Below, one piece after another: positions 12,122 to 26,720 of a DNA stretch of 64,000 bases (the stretch's first letter is position 1; the number at the start of each line of letters is the position of its first letter). The position numbers were made by a program, and so were the translations under genes. Under the pieces are notes generated by a model. The model did no database searches and was not told where the DNA came from. It was given only the letters and a program-made list of their open reading frames with translations. This DNA comes from the human T2T-CHM13v2.0 reference genome, Homo sapiens: NCBI RefSeq assembly GCF_009914755.1, contig NC_060935.1; one strand, written 5' to 3'.

Positions 12122-14072
12122 CCCAGATAAGGTCAGCTGTGTAAAACAGGCCAGGTGGACACCATTATACTGCAAAGGCAATTAGACAGCTCAAGTGAGA
12201 TCCGAGATTCAGCCTCCACCCACCCAAACCTACTGGGATTCTGAATCCTGTTAGGACTAAAATATCTTTTAATTGCCTGTAAGTACAAATACTTTCTTCC
12301 TCCTGGGAAAAAATAAAGAGGGGGAAGAAAGAGGATGCATAGCAATATATACATCCACACATGCACATATATGGACTTAATTTAATCAATTGAAATGCAT
12401 ATTTGTGGTGTGTTAGTTATCCCCAGAAAACTAAAGAGACCCTCACATTTAGCCCTGGCATCCCTGCTCTGGGGCTGTACAGATCTGGCCTGTTCTAAAT
12501 AATATTTAAAAATGAGTGGTTACTCCCCTCCTTATCCCCTTGCGAGACTAGCTACATAGATGAGGCCGCAGAAACAGGGCCCCTGCCACAGTGCTCAGTC
12601 CCGGTGGCCTGTCCTTGCTGAGCCATCTAGGACCATCTCTTCTCACCCCCGTGGTCCCTACCCCAGCCCCCAAGCTTCAAAACCCACTCAGAAGAAGGCT
12701 TGACAAACTATTCTAACCAAAGTAAGAACACTGATAACCCTCCAAAATCATGCCCCTGAGAAAAGAAATCTGCAGTTTCCCATTATTACCAGCTTCAGCT
12801 AAAGGAATGAAGCCATAATGGTGCATTGTAAGTCATCCTGGGAAAAGTAGGCTTTCTCTATGCGCCAGTGCCTACCCTGGCCTGGTTAAAACGTTCTGTC
12901 CCAAAGGTAGAGCTGTCATCCTCCAGCAGTCTCCAAGGTGGCAGAGCCCTAAAGATACCAGCAGAAGAGTGTCATCCTCAAACATAAAACCAGGCTGCAG
13001 AGAACTTCACAGGACACCAGGCTGACTTTGGGCTTGGCTGCACAAGACCTGCCTGTTCCTCAGCTGAGTTCCCTCTCACCAGCCAGCTGAAAGCCCTTTC
13101 TCTGGTGCCCAATACAGACACAAACTGCATTTCATGGCTGAAAAAGCCAGTGATGGGATAAGTAGTGTTTGTTATCTAACTAAATTGTAGAGGAAATGAT
13201 GTGCGAATGAGAAAATTTTAACACAACCGTGGATCACTTCTGACAAGTTCGATTATGGTTTTGTTTAGTTAAGCACTTGTGCATTCTAATGAATTGTCCT
13301 ATGGAATTATTAATTGGACCTGGGATTTCTAGGGCTTTCCCAGTGCTCTGAATCCTTCCTAGTAGAGATGATGTACCTTTAGGTGTCGTGGTTACCAGGG
13401 TTGGTTTTCTACTAAAAAATCTGAGGGTGGAGTGCAGGGCATGCCAGATCCTGGCATCTAAACCAAAACAGTGAGGGTTGCTCTTGGTCTTCCCAAAAGT
13501 TAGAAAGACACAAAGATGCAAATTCTTGAAAACACACAGACATAGAAAAAGACAGATTTGGGGCCCCTGTGGTCTCTGGCTTTTCATTAAGAAAGGATTC
13601 TAGTTGAGAAGTAAGTCAGAACCAGTAGATCAATTATCCAGGAGCAAAGTGTTAGTCATAGAAGATGGGGAGGGAGCACTGGACCCACCAGCTTCTCTAA
13701 GTACACAACAGAAAAAATAGGAAGAGGCCCCAGGGCCATGGTCCTCAGAACATCCTGGTACCTCCTCTCCTGGCTGTGGCTATGCCAGCACTGCCAGGCT
13801 TCTTCTGTCCCCTTTCCACTCTAAGGATGATGCTGTGGCAGCTAAAAGATCATGCCAGCCTCCTTGATGGAACCAAACCCAGATCTTCTCCGGCAATGGA
13901 GATGCCACACATAAAGAAGAAAGAGCACCCAGTCCACCCAGCAGTACTAGGTGCAATCGATAGACTGTGCCCTGCATCTGGGCACCTGGGGATGAGGGAG
14001 GCTGCAATCTAGCCCACACCCTGCTCGCCAGGCCATAAGCCCAGGGGATGCATCAGCCCAGAGGGGTGTGGA

Positions 14073-14435
14073 TCTGTCAGGGCCCCAGCATGAAATTTCC
14101 AACTGAGTTTAATTTAAAAACTATTTACAAAGGCAGACAGCATTAAGGAAAGTCAACAGAGGTAGAGGCACCCTTGGCTAGCAAAAGGGGGAAGCCATTA
14201 CCACATTAGGCCTGAAGGGGTCAAGGGAGAGAGTCCTTCCAGGAGCCCAGCAAGAGCTGTGGCTGGGAGCATTGTTCACGGAAGAGCACAGCCACTGCCA
14301 GATGCCTCCACGGCCATGCCCACCTGTGAGCCAGAGGCATGGAAGCCTGTTTGATGCAGTCCGTAGAGATCAGCCTTCTGGGACCAAAAGCAGTGTTGGG
14401 AAAGGTGAGGAGTGGATGTGGAGGGCAAAGGGAAC
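14073..14435 (-). mobile_element. LTR78/LTR79-like ancient LTR
   Basis: CTATTTACAAAGG..GGCTAGCAAAAGGGGGAAGCCATTACCACATTAGGCCTGAAGGGG resembles the recalled consensus. Confidence 0.55.
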
Positions 14436-15019
14436 CCTCCTAGGCCAGGAACCCATTCTCCATATGGGCCAGCCAGGGAAAGCCTGATTTGCATCTTTCT
14501 TTCACTCCCCCATCAACTGCCTTATCTCCCCTTGGAGAGCTCTCGTGGTCCCACTGCTGCCACCACCTTCCAGGCACTCTCCCATTCCCCTGTCTCAGCC
14601 CCATCTCGCCCTGACTGCAGGAGCAACCAGGGGAAGGAGGGACTGGAGCCCATCCATGAGACTGCAAGCAGGAAAACCTGGAGGCCTGCTCTGGGAACCC
14701 ACCCTCTCCTACTCTTGCTCCTAGCAGGTATATAAAGTCTGTGGGTAACGATGGGCCATGACCACAGTGTAAGCAGCCAGTGACTGTTCCCAGTGCCTGA
14801 CAGAGGTGGGTTTTTATGTCCAAGGAGCGACACTGGATCAGGTCTGCCAGCCAAAGACCCGGAAGAAGTCACCAAAGGAGGGGTCCAAGAGCTAGAGGCA
14901 GCCAGGGTGCAAACAGCTGGCACTGGGGAGCAGGAACACAACCGCCTTCCTCCCCTGTGGGTAGGCCCCTGGAGAGAGTCCCTGGCCAGTGCCCTTGGGC
15001 GATGTTTTTAACCAACAAG

Positions 15020-15220
15020 CTTGTAGTGCTTACTGCATGCCCTGCAGGCACTGTTCTGAAGGCTTTACAGAGATTTCCCCCATTTAATCCTCAAAAGAAC
15101 ACCATGAGGGAGGTCCAATTATTTTCTCCATTTTAAAGATGGGAAAACTGAGGCACAGAGGGCTTAAATAACCTGCCAGATCACCCAGGGAGCAAATGGT
15201 AGGGCAAGATTCAAGCGCAA
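15020..15220 (-). mobile_element. MIR SINE
   Basis: CATTTAATCCTCAAAAGAAC..CCATTTTAAAGATGGGAAAACTGAGGCACAGAG. Confidence 0.85.
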
Positions 15221-15439
15221 GCAGCGAGGCGCCTGGGTGTGTTCTCTGGCCTGCTGAGCTAGTGTGAGCATGCCCACTGCACCCGTCAGCCACAGACACA
15301 GCCCCTGGGAAGCAGCCTGCTTCCCATTCCCCTGCCCCAGCATGTCAGACATCTCTGAAAAGATGTTCCATGCCACTCACCGAGCAGACCTGAACAGTCC
15401 CAGAGATGACCTAGGGCCTGTGTGGCGTGCAAGGGGATG

Positions 15440-15834
15440 TCGTGGGCTGGCTTCCTGTGAGGCAGCCTCTGAGGTAGAGAAGGGCAGCAGGACGCTGAGT
15501 AGGGAGAGCTCTGGGGACTCACACCTCTGGGAGCAGGAGAAAGCTAGATGGGGCAGAGGGAGAGCCAGGCTGCAGCACAGTGCTGACCACGATGGGAGGG
15601 TTAAAGATGGGGTGGCCTGCACAGCTGTCACAGGCTGGAGTGAAGGAACCCCTTCCTGGTCAGGCATTTCCTGTGGATCAGTCCGGGGAGGGGCGTGGGC
15701 CAGGCAAGGCAGTCTCCTCAGCAGGAGCACCCCATAGGCGGCTGAGGCTTCTGCAGGCCCTACGCCAGCATGTGGGGAAACTAGTCCTGCATTCCTGGCG
15801 GGGATCTGGGAAGCACATCGCAGGGTCCACCGTA
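15440..15834 (-). mobile_element. LTR33-like ERVL LTR
   Basis: GGGCAGAGGGAGA..GGAGGGGCGTGGGCCAGGCAAGGCAG..GGGGATCTGGGAAGCACATCGCAGGGTCCACCGTA resembles antisense LTR33. Confidence 0.55.
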
Positions 15835-18129
15835 GGGAGCCTTAGAGCCCCTGGCTGGCCTTCCACTGCTGTCTAGGAAGGCTCCCCGTGCCCTTGTTCC
15901 TGGCTACCTGGCTGTATCCTCCAGCACACATCTCTCACTGGGGCTGACAGCAGCCACGGGCTGGCAATTCCTCAGGGAGGAAAGCTTTAGGAATCTCGTA
16001 TCCTCTTCCTTTCCACCCAAGGCCCACCACCTCCTGGCTCTCTTTTGTGCCCCATAATGAGCCCTGAATTAGTTGACACCTCCACCTCACTAGCGAGCTA
16101 GAAGTTCTCTAAGGATCTTAAAGATCACCACTATCTGGATACAAACAGGGGTACAAACTAGCAAACATTTTTAAATTACAAGAAAGGTAAAACCTTGGAA
16201 AGTCTGTCGGGAGCTCTGGTGACTTATGGTGTAAGCCCCACCTGCTAGAATGCTCAGCCCACTCTCTGGCCACCAGCTAGACTCACTCCTCATCCCTCAT
16301 CCTTTAATCCAAGTCAGTGACTCTCTAAGTCCCTTCATAGTGACTTGCTCTCCAGTTCTCGGGACGCTGCAGGCCTTGTGAAGAGCCAAACAGATGCTCA
16401 GGAGGTCAGAGAGAGTTCTGATTACACCACGGAAGAAACTCGAGGCCAGGCAGCCACTTTCCTGAGCTCCAACTTCATTCCTGAACTGTTCAGTCCTCTT
16501 ATTCACTATCAGAAAATGGCAGAGAAGATTACAGTGGCGGGAGAACAAAAATTGCTCAAAGCCACCTTCTTCCTAAACATAATTTACAGTACAATGACAG
16601 TCACTTCCGATGAAGCTTATGTGAAGGGAACGGAGGTGACTCAGGCGAGCCCACTCAGAAACCCAGCCCACACACCTTTGGCCAGGAAAGGAAGCCAACA
16701 CGCACTTCACCATAGAGTCCCAGGGCAGCCAGAGCCAAATGGGTGGCTGCACCTGTTCCTGCAGTAATGTTGGCCCTACAGGGACTTTCTCGCTTTAACC
16801 CCATAAAGGAAGCACAGAGACCAGCTGACCCCAGAGAGGCCACTGTCAAGAACACTTTCCTGAGGCCCAAGAAAAGGGAAGAATCAAATATCAGGGACAG
16901 CAAGTGACTTACAAATGGAGAAGACCCTAGAGCCATGTCAGCCACACTGGGGCGGGATGACTTCTACCCACCCTAGGAAGGAAGGAAGGAAGGAAGGCCC
17001 TAGGAGGCCCCAGGCCTCTTCTATCCCAAGAATCCTCCCCCTGAGGTGCTACTCTCCTCCTACCTCCACATGACCTCTCCTCATTCTGGGGAATAACCAT
17101 CAGGTCAAACACACATCGGTCCCTGCCCTACAAACTCTATGCCCCATCTCTGAGAGACGGCTGCCCAAACTGGAAGCTCTTAAGCTTCCCTGCATCCCAT
17201 CCCTCTTTCCACACAACTTCCAGTGGCCGACAGGACTTAAGGCTAAGAACGGGAATGGGGCCAGGCTTCAGGGTCCTCCCATCAGAGGGAAGGAGGGGAT
17301 GAGAGTGTCCCTTGATTTTTTGTAGTTGTTTCTGACCCAAAGCCCTGCCACATAGCACAGACAAGAGACGAAGAATCATGCCCACAGAAACACGCAGCCC
17401 TGCGTCAGCTGTCCCACCACCACTCAGCTCAACAAGCAGAGGGAAGACCTCTGACTGGTCCATGCCACATGCCACGCTCCTTGGGACCACTGCAGAAGAG
17501 CTCAAAGCCTGCTAGAATCCTGACACAAGCTACTGTGACTGGATTTTTTTCTGGATGTTGAAACACAAAAACAAAACAGACAGTCCACTGTATCCACAGA
17601 ACTCAAGATGTCTAACAGTCTCAGTGTGGCGGCTCCTTCTCCACCGACAAAGACACTTGTCACGCAGCTAGCTGTGCACAATCTGTGCCACTTGTTTCAG
17701 AAGTCTGGAGCACACATTTGCCACACAGACAGCATGGGTTAGACTAGTTTCCTATTCAAATCTGGGTTTACAGTCTCCCCACCCTTACTCTGAAATTCTC
17801 TTGGAGCACCAAACATGAAACTTCTTCCCCTGTCCTCAGATTAGGCAGATGAGAGTAAAGTAAGAGACTGAGCGCAGTGCAGTCCACTAACAATTCAGGC
17901 AGAGGCTCTCCCTTACAAACTCCTTGCCAAGAAAGTAGCAATTTACATGCTTTTTCTGATTACAAGCCCTTTCATTATGTCCGCAAGATCAATTCCATCT
18001 GAGTGAAGGTCTACAGTGCTATTTTGAGCCAGGAGGTCTGCCTTCCAGTTTTGCCACCCACAGACATTATGAACTTGAGAAAGTCATTTCACTTTCTTTC
18101 AAAGAACTGCAATCAGAATAGGTCCTGCA

Positions 18130-18350
18130 TGCCCTCCAAGTACAGCATCTCTTTTAATACAACAGCTGTTTGAGGCAAATCTTGTCACTCTCACAGGTGA
18201 GGACAATGTCACAGGTGAGGAAATGGAGGCTCATGGAAGTTAAGTAGCTTGCTTGCTCTGTGCAGAGGTAACCGAGAGCTACCTCTAGAGGTCTTCAAAC
18301 TCAAGAAGTCTGGTTTCAAAGCTAATGCTCTTAAAATTCTTACACCGTGC
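18130..18350 (-). mobile_element. MIR SINE containing an 18-bp tandem duplication (18191-18225)
   Basis: TCACAGGTGAGGACAATG TCACAGGTGAGGAAATG GAGGCTCA..GTTAAGTAGCTTGC. Confidence 0.75.
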
Positions 18351-19125
<775 letters not shown>

Positions 19126-19229
19126 AAATGAGGAAATTGGAGTTCTTCAAGATCCTTTTCAGCAGCATGACTCTATTTAATTTCATGGATTTCAGCAGAG
19201 TATATTATAATTCTCATTTATCTGCCCTC

Positions 19230-19642
19230 CTTCTCTGTGAAATATTACACATAGTTATTTATTACCATTGCCTTGCAGTATCCCTCCATCCTATGGGAGA
19301 ATGGTTTCTCAATGACACTGAGCTTGAACCTGTAACTTGCTGTGATCAATGGGATATGATATAAACTAGGCCCTAGCAGAAGCTTTAGGAGCCATTGCAT
19401 ATGGAGGCTCTCACTTTCGTTTTCTCTTCCAGGAAAATGGTGTGTTCCAAATAGGGATTGGTCCTTCAGCCTGTGCCTCAGAATGGGAAGACACGTGGAA
19501 CAGAACCTAGCAGAGCTGTGGCAGCCACAACTGACTCACACAGTCTCCAACTTTAATGTGAGCATAGAAATAAGTGTTTCTTATTCTAAGTCACTGATTT
19601 GGGGGCGGGAAGCTGTTTGTTACAATAAAACAGACTGATACA
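19230..19642 (+). mobile_element. Old MLT1 (H/I-type) LTR
   Basis: TGTAACTTGCTGTGATCAATGGGATATG..AGAAGCTTTAGGAGCCATTGCAT..AGAAATAAG..TAAGTCACTGA..CTGATACA. Confidence 0.65.
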
Positions 19643-19644
19643 CA

Positions 19645-21080
<1,436 letters not shown>

Positions 21081-21419
21081 AGATGTGGGTGGAGGGAGGG
21101 AAGCCAGTATCGGCTTTTCCATGTAACAATTTCCCGCAAGCCATGGGCCCGGCCATGGATCAAACATTTCTGTGAGTGACAGACTGTTTGTGTGATGGTA
21201 GAATAGCACGACTTTGTGAATAAATTCATAGACTCTTACAAGTAGACTCCTGGAGTCTTTGATGTTCCTTTAAAAATGCAGCGCTGGTCCCTTTCTGGCA
21301 TGTATAGTTACTTCTTTCATTGTCTTTCTGCTATAAAAACCAGAACATATGTAGTTATTCATGGAAGTAATAAATACATCATTCTTTCTTTTAAAAATAT
21401 ATTTCTTTTAAAAATATAG

Positions 21420-21784
21420 TGTATTTGTCAGGGGAGAGCTGGTTATATTGCAGTAACAAAAACACCCCAAATACCGGTGGCTTATATCACAAAGGCTACA
21501 TCTCAGGCTACACATCCATCAGGATCACCTAGGATCTCTGCTCCTGTGTCATCATTGTCACCCTTACATTGGGAAAAGAGCTGCTAGAATACCTGTACCA
21601 TTGACCATTGAGCATATATTGGCTCTTAAATTTTCCACCTGAAAGTGACATGTCACTTCTGCTCACATTTATTTAGCCAAAATAAGTCACATGGCCAAGT
21701 GTGAAATCCAGGGAAAGTGGGGAATATTACTCTCCCGCAGGAGCACAGCAGCTGTCAGTGAACAGCAATCCAGTCGAGTCCACG
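21420..21784 (-). mobile_element. Old MLT1 (I/J-type) LTR
   Basis: GGTTATATTGCAGTAACAAA..GAAAGTGACATGTCACTTCTGCTCACATTTATTTAGCCAAAATAAGTCACATGGCCA. Confidence 0.7.
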
Positions 21785-22819
21785 CCACACTCTAAGATGG
21801 ACAGGTTCCTCAATGTCTGTGGGAGTCTTGCACCTAGACTATGACAATTATCATCTGATGTGGGTACCCTCTCTTGAAGGAGCCCGACACAGGGAAGATG
21901 CTTTCTCATTTATAAATGCATTTCTCCAGGCCTTGACACCAGATTGCCAATGACCTTGGCATTCCTGGCCAGGAATGTTTCCTGTCTAGGTCTGTACTCC
22001 CTGCGTAGTGATCCTTCCAAAAGTCTTCATTGTCTTGAAGGCACCCCCCAACCCCTGTCCCCTGCCAACTCTGCACTAAGGATGGAGACGAGCAGCATCT
22101 GCTTCTGCTTCTACAGTAGCTTTTCTCTGCATGAAGAAAATCTGGCACAGAACCTATGTTTCACTATCTAAGACACTTTTTTGATCAAATGTCCCCATGG
22201 TCTGCTGTTGGATTGGGGTGTTTCTTTTTACCCCTGCAGATACTTGTTTGCCTTTCGAGTCTCTGGGCTGATGCAGTCAGCTCATTCCGGTACAAAACAG
22301 GGACAATAATTATTATTCTTACGTGGTTCTGCAATTCACAGATTTTTCCTAAGTAAATGTCCACATGAGCTTTATTCTACAGAACTGTAAACAGATGCCA
22401 CAAAGCAGTGTCTCTGCCACCAAGGTTCACCAATTAGAGGTACCAAGCCATGAGCAATGGCCCATGAAATATTTAAAATTCTTCAAGATTAAATATATAT
22501 TTATACATTTTTAAAACCCTAAGTCTAAATGTATTTATAAAGCCAGATTTTATTTTCCATGTTCTGCTTTCTAGAACAGAGCTCTCTGGGCATAACAAAT
22601 TCCTCCCCTCAGTCTTGAAGAGCCCATCAAAGCCAGGCATCTGCAATGAGCTGTTTTCTATTCATTGCCTGATGGACATCAATTATTCTCTATTTTCTTA
22701 AACTGTGAATAGTAAGAGACTGTTAAACTCAGGCACCCTAGCAGGAGACAAACAGCAGAGGCCCTGCCACTGCCCAAACCACCAATACCTCTAGATGCCA
22801 GGCAGGCTGGCAGCTGGAT

Positions 22820-22960
22820 ATTTGCTGAGCATTTCTGATATACCAGATACTGTGCTAAGCACTTAGCATGGGTTATCTTATTTAATCCTCATAACAACTC
22901 CATCACATAGGTGCTGTGATTACCCCCATTTTACAAAGGAGGAAACTGAGTCCTAGAGAA
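22820..22960 (-). mobile_element. MIR SINE
   Basis: CTGTGCTAAGCACTT..TTTAATCCTCATAACAAC..CCCATTTTACAAAGGAGGAAACTGAG. Confidence 0.85.
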
Positions 22961-22999
22961 TGTTACGGAAAGACAGCAGAGAGTAGGTGACATATGAAT

Positions 23000-23820
23000 A
23001 GAGTCTTAGAGGATAATTGGAAATTATTCAGGAGTTCAAAAGAGGAAGGCCACCCAAGCAAACTGAATGACATGGATAAAGGCATGGAAATGCAGAATAA
23101 TATTGTGTGTTTGTGGAAATGTATAGACTAGGAAGGCTAAAGCACAGAGTACTTAGGTAGAATTGCCTAAAATTCCAACTAGGAAGGTCAACTAAGGCCA
23201 AATTGTGATGGAACTCAAATGCGGTGTGGAAGAGTTTGGGCCTCTGACTTCAGAGACTAGACAAGTAACCAAGGAGAGAAGTGGGCAGGTGTAAGACAGT
23301 AAGGAGTTGTGAGGACTGTGGCAAACCAGAAGGTACACACCTTCAGCTGTAAAGGCAATCAGATTCTTTAAGTGTGAGCTGAATTTGGCCTTTAGGGAAT
23401 CAGCTTGCAAACTCTACAAGGCAATGAGAAGCTGATAAGGGGAATTAATCAGAGACTGATACTGTCAGATCTTTTTGTTAACAAATCTCCCTGACAAGCA
23501 TGTGGATGATGGGCTATGCGGGGCAAGACTGAGAACAAGGGAACCACCAAGGAGGTAGATGCAGGAAAGTAGAAAGACATGATGGGAGCTAGGACCTGGG
23601 TGATACCAATGGGTAGAGAGAGAAAAGTGATAGATTTGAGAATGGAATATTAAAAAGGAAGAAACTGGCAGGACTCAATTCAAAAAGGATATAGGGGAAG
23701 AGGGCATGGGAGTTTCAAAGATAATGCCCAAGCCTTTGGTGCAAACCATGGGGCAAAAATTTGCTGTTAAACCCAGGGAGTGGAGGAGTGAAAGATAAGA
23801 AGTGTCATTTCAGATAAGCT
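23000..23820 (-). mobile_element. L2 LINE fragments
   Basis: Degenerate antisense L2 (AGGCAATGAGAAGC..GGGCAAGACTGAG..GATTTGAG..CAAAGATAATGCCCAAG). Confidence 0.5.
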
Positions 23821-24048
23821 GATGGGCAGAGTTTTGACATTCTGCTACTATGAGAGGCCCTCAGGGCTAGTGTGGGTCTTGGCCAAGACACCTTGCTAGC
23901 TCCATGGTTGAATGACTAAAGGGTCCATCAAAGAGAACAGCCTCTTCTGTATTCCAGGGGTTTATCAAAAGTTCCAGGAGGTACTACTAGTGCCTGCCCT
24001 GTGTTTCACCAGGATACCCATTGATGCATGAGGTCACCAGGTACCAGA

Positions 24049-24504
24049 TGTGATTTCATGTGTCAACTTGTCTGGGCCATGGGGTGCCCAGATATTTGGC
24101 CAAACATTATTCTGGATATGCTTGAGGGTGTTTTTGTATGAGATGAACATTTGAATCAGTAGACTGACTATATGTGGGTGGCCTTCATCCAATCTGTTGA
24201 AGACCTACCTGAATAGAACAAAAGGCTGACCCTTCTGTGAATGAGTGAACCCCTCCTACCTGACTGTTTGGGCTGGAACACTGGTCTCTTCCTGCTTTCA
24301 GACTCTAAATGAACATTTGTTCTTCTTGGGTCTCAAGCCTGCCAGCTTTTGGACTGGAACTTACACCATCTGCTCTCCTTATTCTCAGGTCTTCAGACTC
24401 AGAACTACACCATGGCCTCCCATAGACCTCCAGCTTACCAATTGCAGATCTTGGGGCTTCTCCGCCTCAATAATAGTGTAAGCCAATTCTTTATAATAAT
24501 CTCC
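24049..24504 (+). mobile_element. MLT2D-type ERVL LTR
   Basis: TGTGTCAACTTGTCTGGGCCATGGGGTGCCCAGATATTTGGCCAAACATTATTCTGG..TGCAGATCTTGGGGCTTCTC..AGCCAATTC. Confidence 0.85.

Positions 24505-24505
<1 letters not shown>

Positions 24506-24541
<36 letters not shown>
24506..24541. repeat. Compound microsatellite (TA)8(CA)10
   Basis: Counted directly; followed by degenerate GA/TG repeats to ~24740. Confidence 0.95.
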
Positions 24542-26439
24542 GAGACATATGTAGATCATGTTTGCCACATGTGTGCACGTGCATGTTAGAGGGGAGAAGG
24601 AGAGAGAGAGAGACTGTATATGAGTGTGTGCCTACGTATGCATGTGTACCTATATGTGAATGTGTGTATGTCTGTGAGTGTCTTAGAGATTGACTACATA
24701 TGTATGAGTGTGTATGTGTGTGAGTGTGTACATGACTGTATGTCTTTACCCAGGTTTAACTCTCCTTGGCTTTCATACTCAGTATGAATTATTCTACAGA
24801 AACATTCCTGCATCTTTCTGATGTTCTTCAGAGTCTGGTCCTCAGCACTGAAGGGTGCTTGAGCAAGGCAGCTGGGAGACAGCTCAGGTGTCACAGACAT
24901 ACTGACATCCCACCTAGCAGCTTTGCTTGAAGTCAAGGCCTTAATTGCACCCCAGGGCCAGGCCCTCCATCCCCTCCTCCCCAACACAGGCTCATTCACA
25001 TGCACGGGCTTGTGATGCCTCTAGTAAGGAGGCCAGGCCAGCCAGAGAGGAGGGAAGGCTGGAGCGAGCAAATTCCAGCCCTAAAGCAACTCAAACAGAG
25101 TGGGGAAGGGGCTTCTGGATTCCTGCCATCTTTAGCATGCACTTAATAACTTAAGGCAATTTTTTTTAAGTGAACAAATGCCCTCTGTCCACAGCAAACA
25201 GGAAGGCAGTCCTCTTCCCTGGGCTGCTGACGGGGCCCTGTCTCTGCCCCCAGGAGACACCTTCAAGCTGTGGGTGCTGTCAGCAGTCATTAGGGCAACA
25301 TCAACTGGACCTGAATCCACACAGCACTCTGGGAAGACCCTGCTCAAAATGCCAGTGGGCAGGACAGGCCCGTGAGCTTTGTGATCTGGAGTGCATTTTT
25401 CAATTAACCCTTTTGGAAGTCCATCGGACCCAAACAGGCGTGCCATAGGCATCCTCTAGAGGAAAAGGAAAGGCAGGCAAAAGACTAAGGAGTTCTCCAG
25501 ACCTCCCAGACCACATAGAGCTGGGACTGGAGGCCAAGCTCCTGACCTCCATTCTACCTGCCCAGCACTTGGACAAAGTCACCTGTGGAGCCCTTCAGTG
25601 TTCACGACCCAAAGCCATTCTGGTCAGCTGTGCTGGTGGTTGGAGAGCACAGAGTTCTCTTGTCAACCAGCACCACAAACGTACTGTCCACTGGGTGCCC
25701 CACAGAAGCTCAGCATGGAGCCATCAGCTCCCACTTCCTGGCAAAAGTCCTACTGAGACTAGCAGGATTGGAAAAGAGCAGAGCCAAGGAGGTAGGGTCA
25801 AGTGGGAGAGAGTCTACCAGAGCCTCTGGGGGCCTCAAGGAGACAAAGGCAAGAAAAAGGCACTCACTGAGGACAACACTGTGACGCCATGCCTTGCACC
25901 CCAGGCTGAGGCCTGCTCTGAGGACAAGCCCCCTGCCTGCAATAGGCCTTTGCCGGCTGCCTTCACTGTACCTCTCCCTCCTCCTGAGTGTGCTGCTGTA
26001 GTAGAAAGAGAAAGACACTACACGAGGATTTATTCTGAATATGTGTAAATCCATAGCTGCCTTCAGCAACAACCAGGCAGCGTAGAAGCCAATCATGGAT
26101 TCTCATAAGCAACTGAGGCAGCACAGTATACAGGCTTTGAGAAAACCCTGCTGGAAGCCCTGTCCACAGCACAGGGCTAGGAACCCTGCCAGCATTGCAG
26201 ACATGTGGGAGGGGCTTGGAAGTCTTGCCAGCTGTACCACCCCTGCCTGTTCCCCTCATCCTTCCCCAGTCCTGAGTGCCCTGGAGGAAGAAGCTCAGAC
26301 AATCTGTGCTTGCGTGTACATAAGTGTATGCGAGTGCATACGCATCGGGCTGGTTACTCTCCCCCTTTCTCTGCCAGGCTCTGTGCCCGGGAAGGAGGCC
26401 CCTGCCTATGCAGCACCCAGCCTCCTCAGTAAGGCTCAG

Positions 26440-26720
26440 CCAAGGGAAGCCATCCATAGGGGATCACAGGGTAGCAGAGTGGTCAGGGTATTTCTTCCCC
26501 TCCTGCAGTGCTTTGGGCCCACGTCTCCACAGGGACTGTATCTTGCGCCAGGCAGCATCGCTTCCAAAGCTCTGGTTCCTACCCTACCCTGGTAACACTA
26601 TTTCTCCCCTTGTCCAGCCAGCCCTAGGTGTAACAAGAGCTCCCTCCTGCTGTGAGTCTCTGGGTCTCTCACCCTCTCTTACTTGCTCCCTTAACTCTGC
26701 CTCGATCTCTTCATTGTGAT
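26440..26720 (+). mobile_element. LTR78/LTR79-like ancient LTR fragment
   Basis: GGTAACACTATTTCTCCCCTTG..CCTAGGTGTAAC..CTGGGTCTCTCACC..CCCTTAACTCTGCC. Confidence 0.5.
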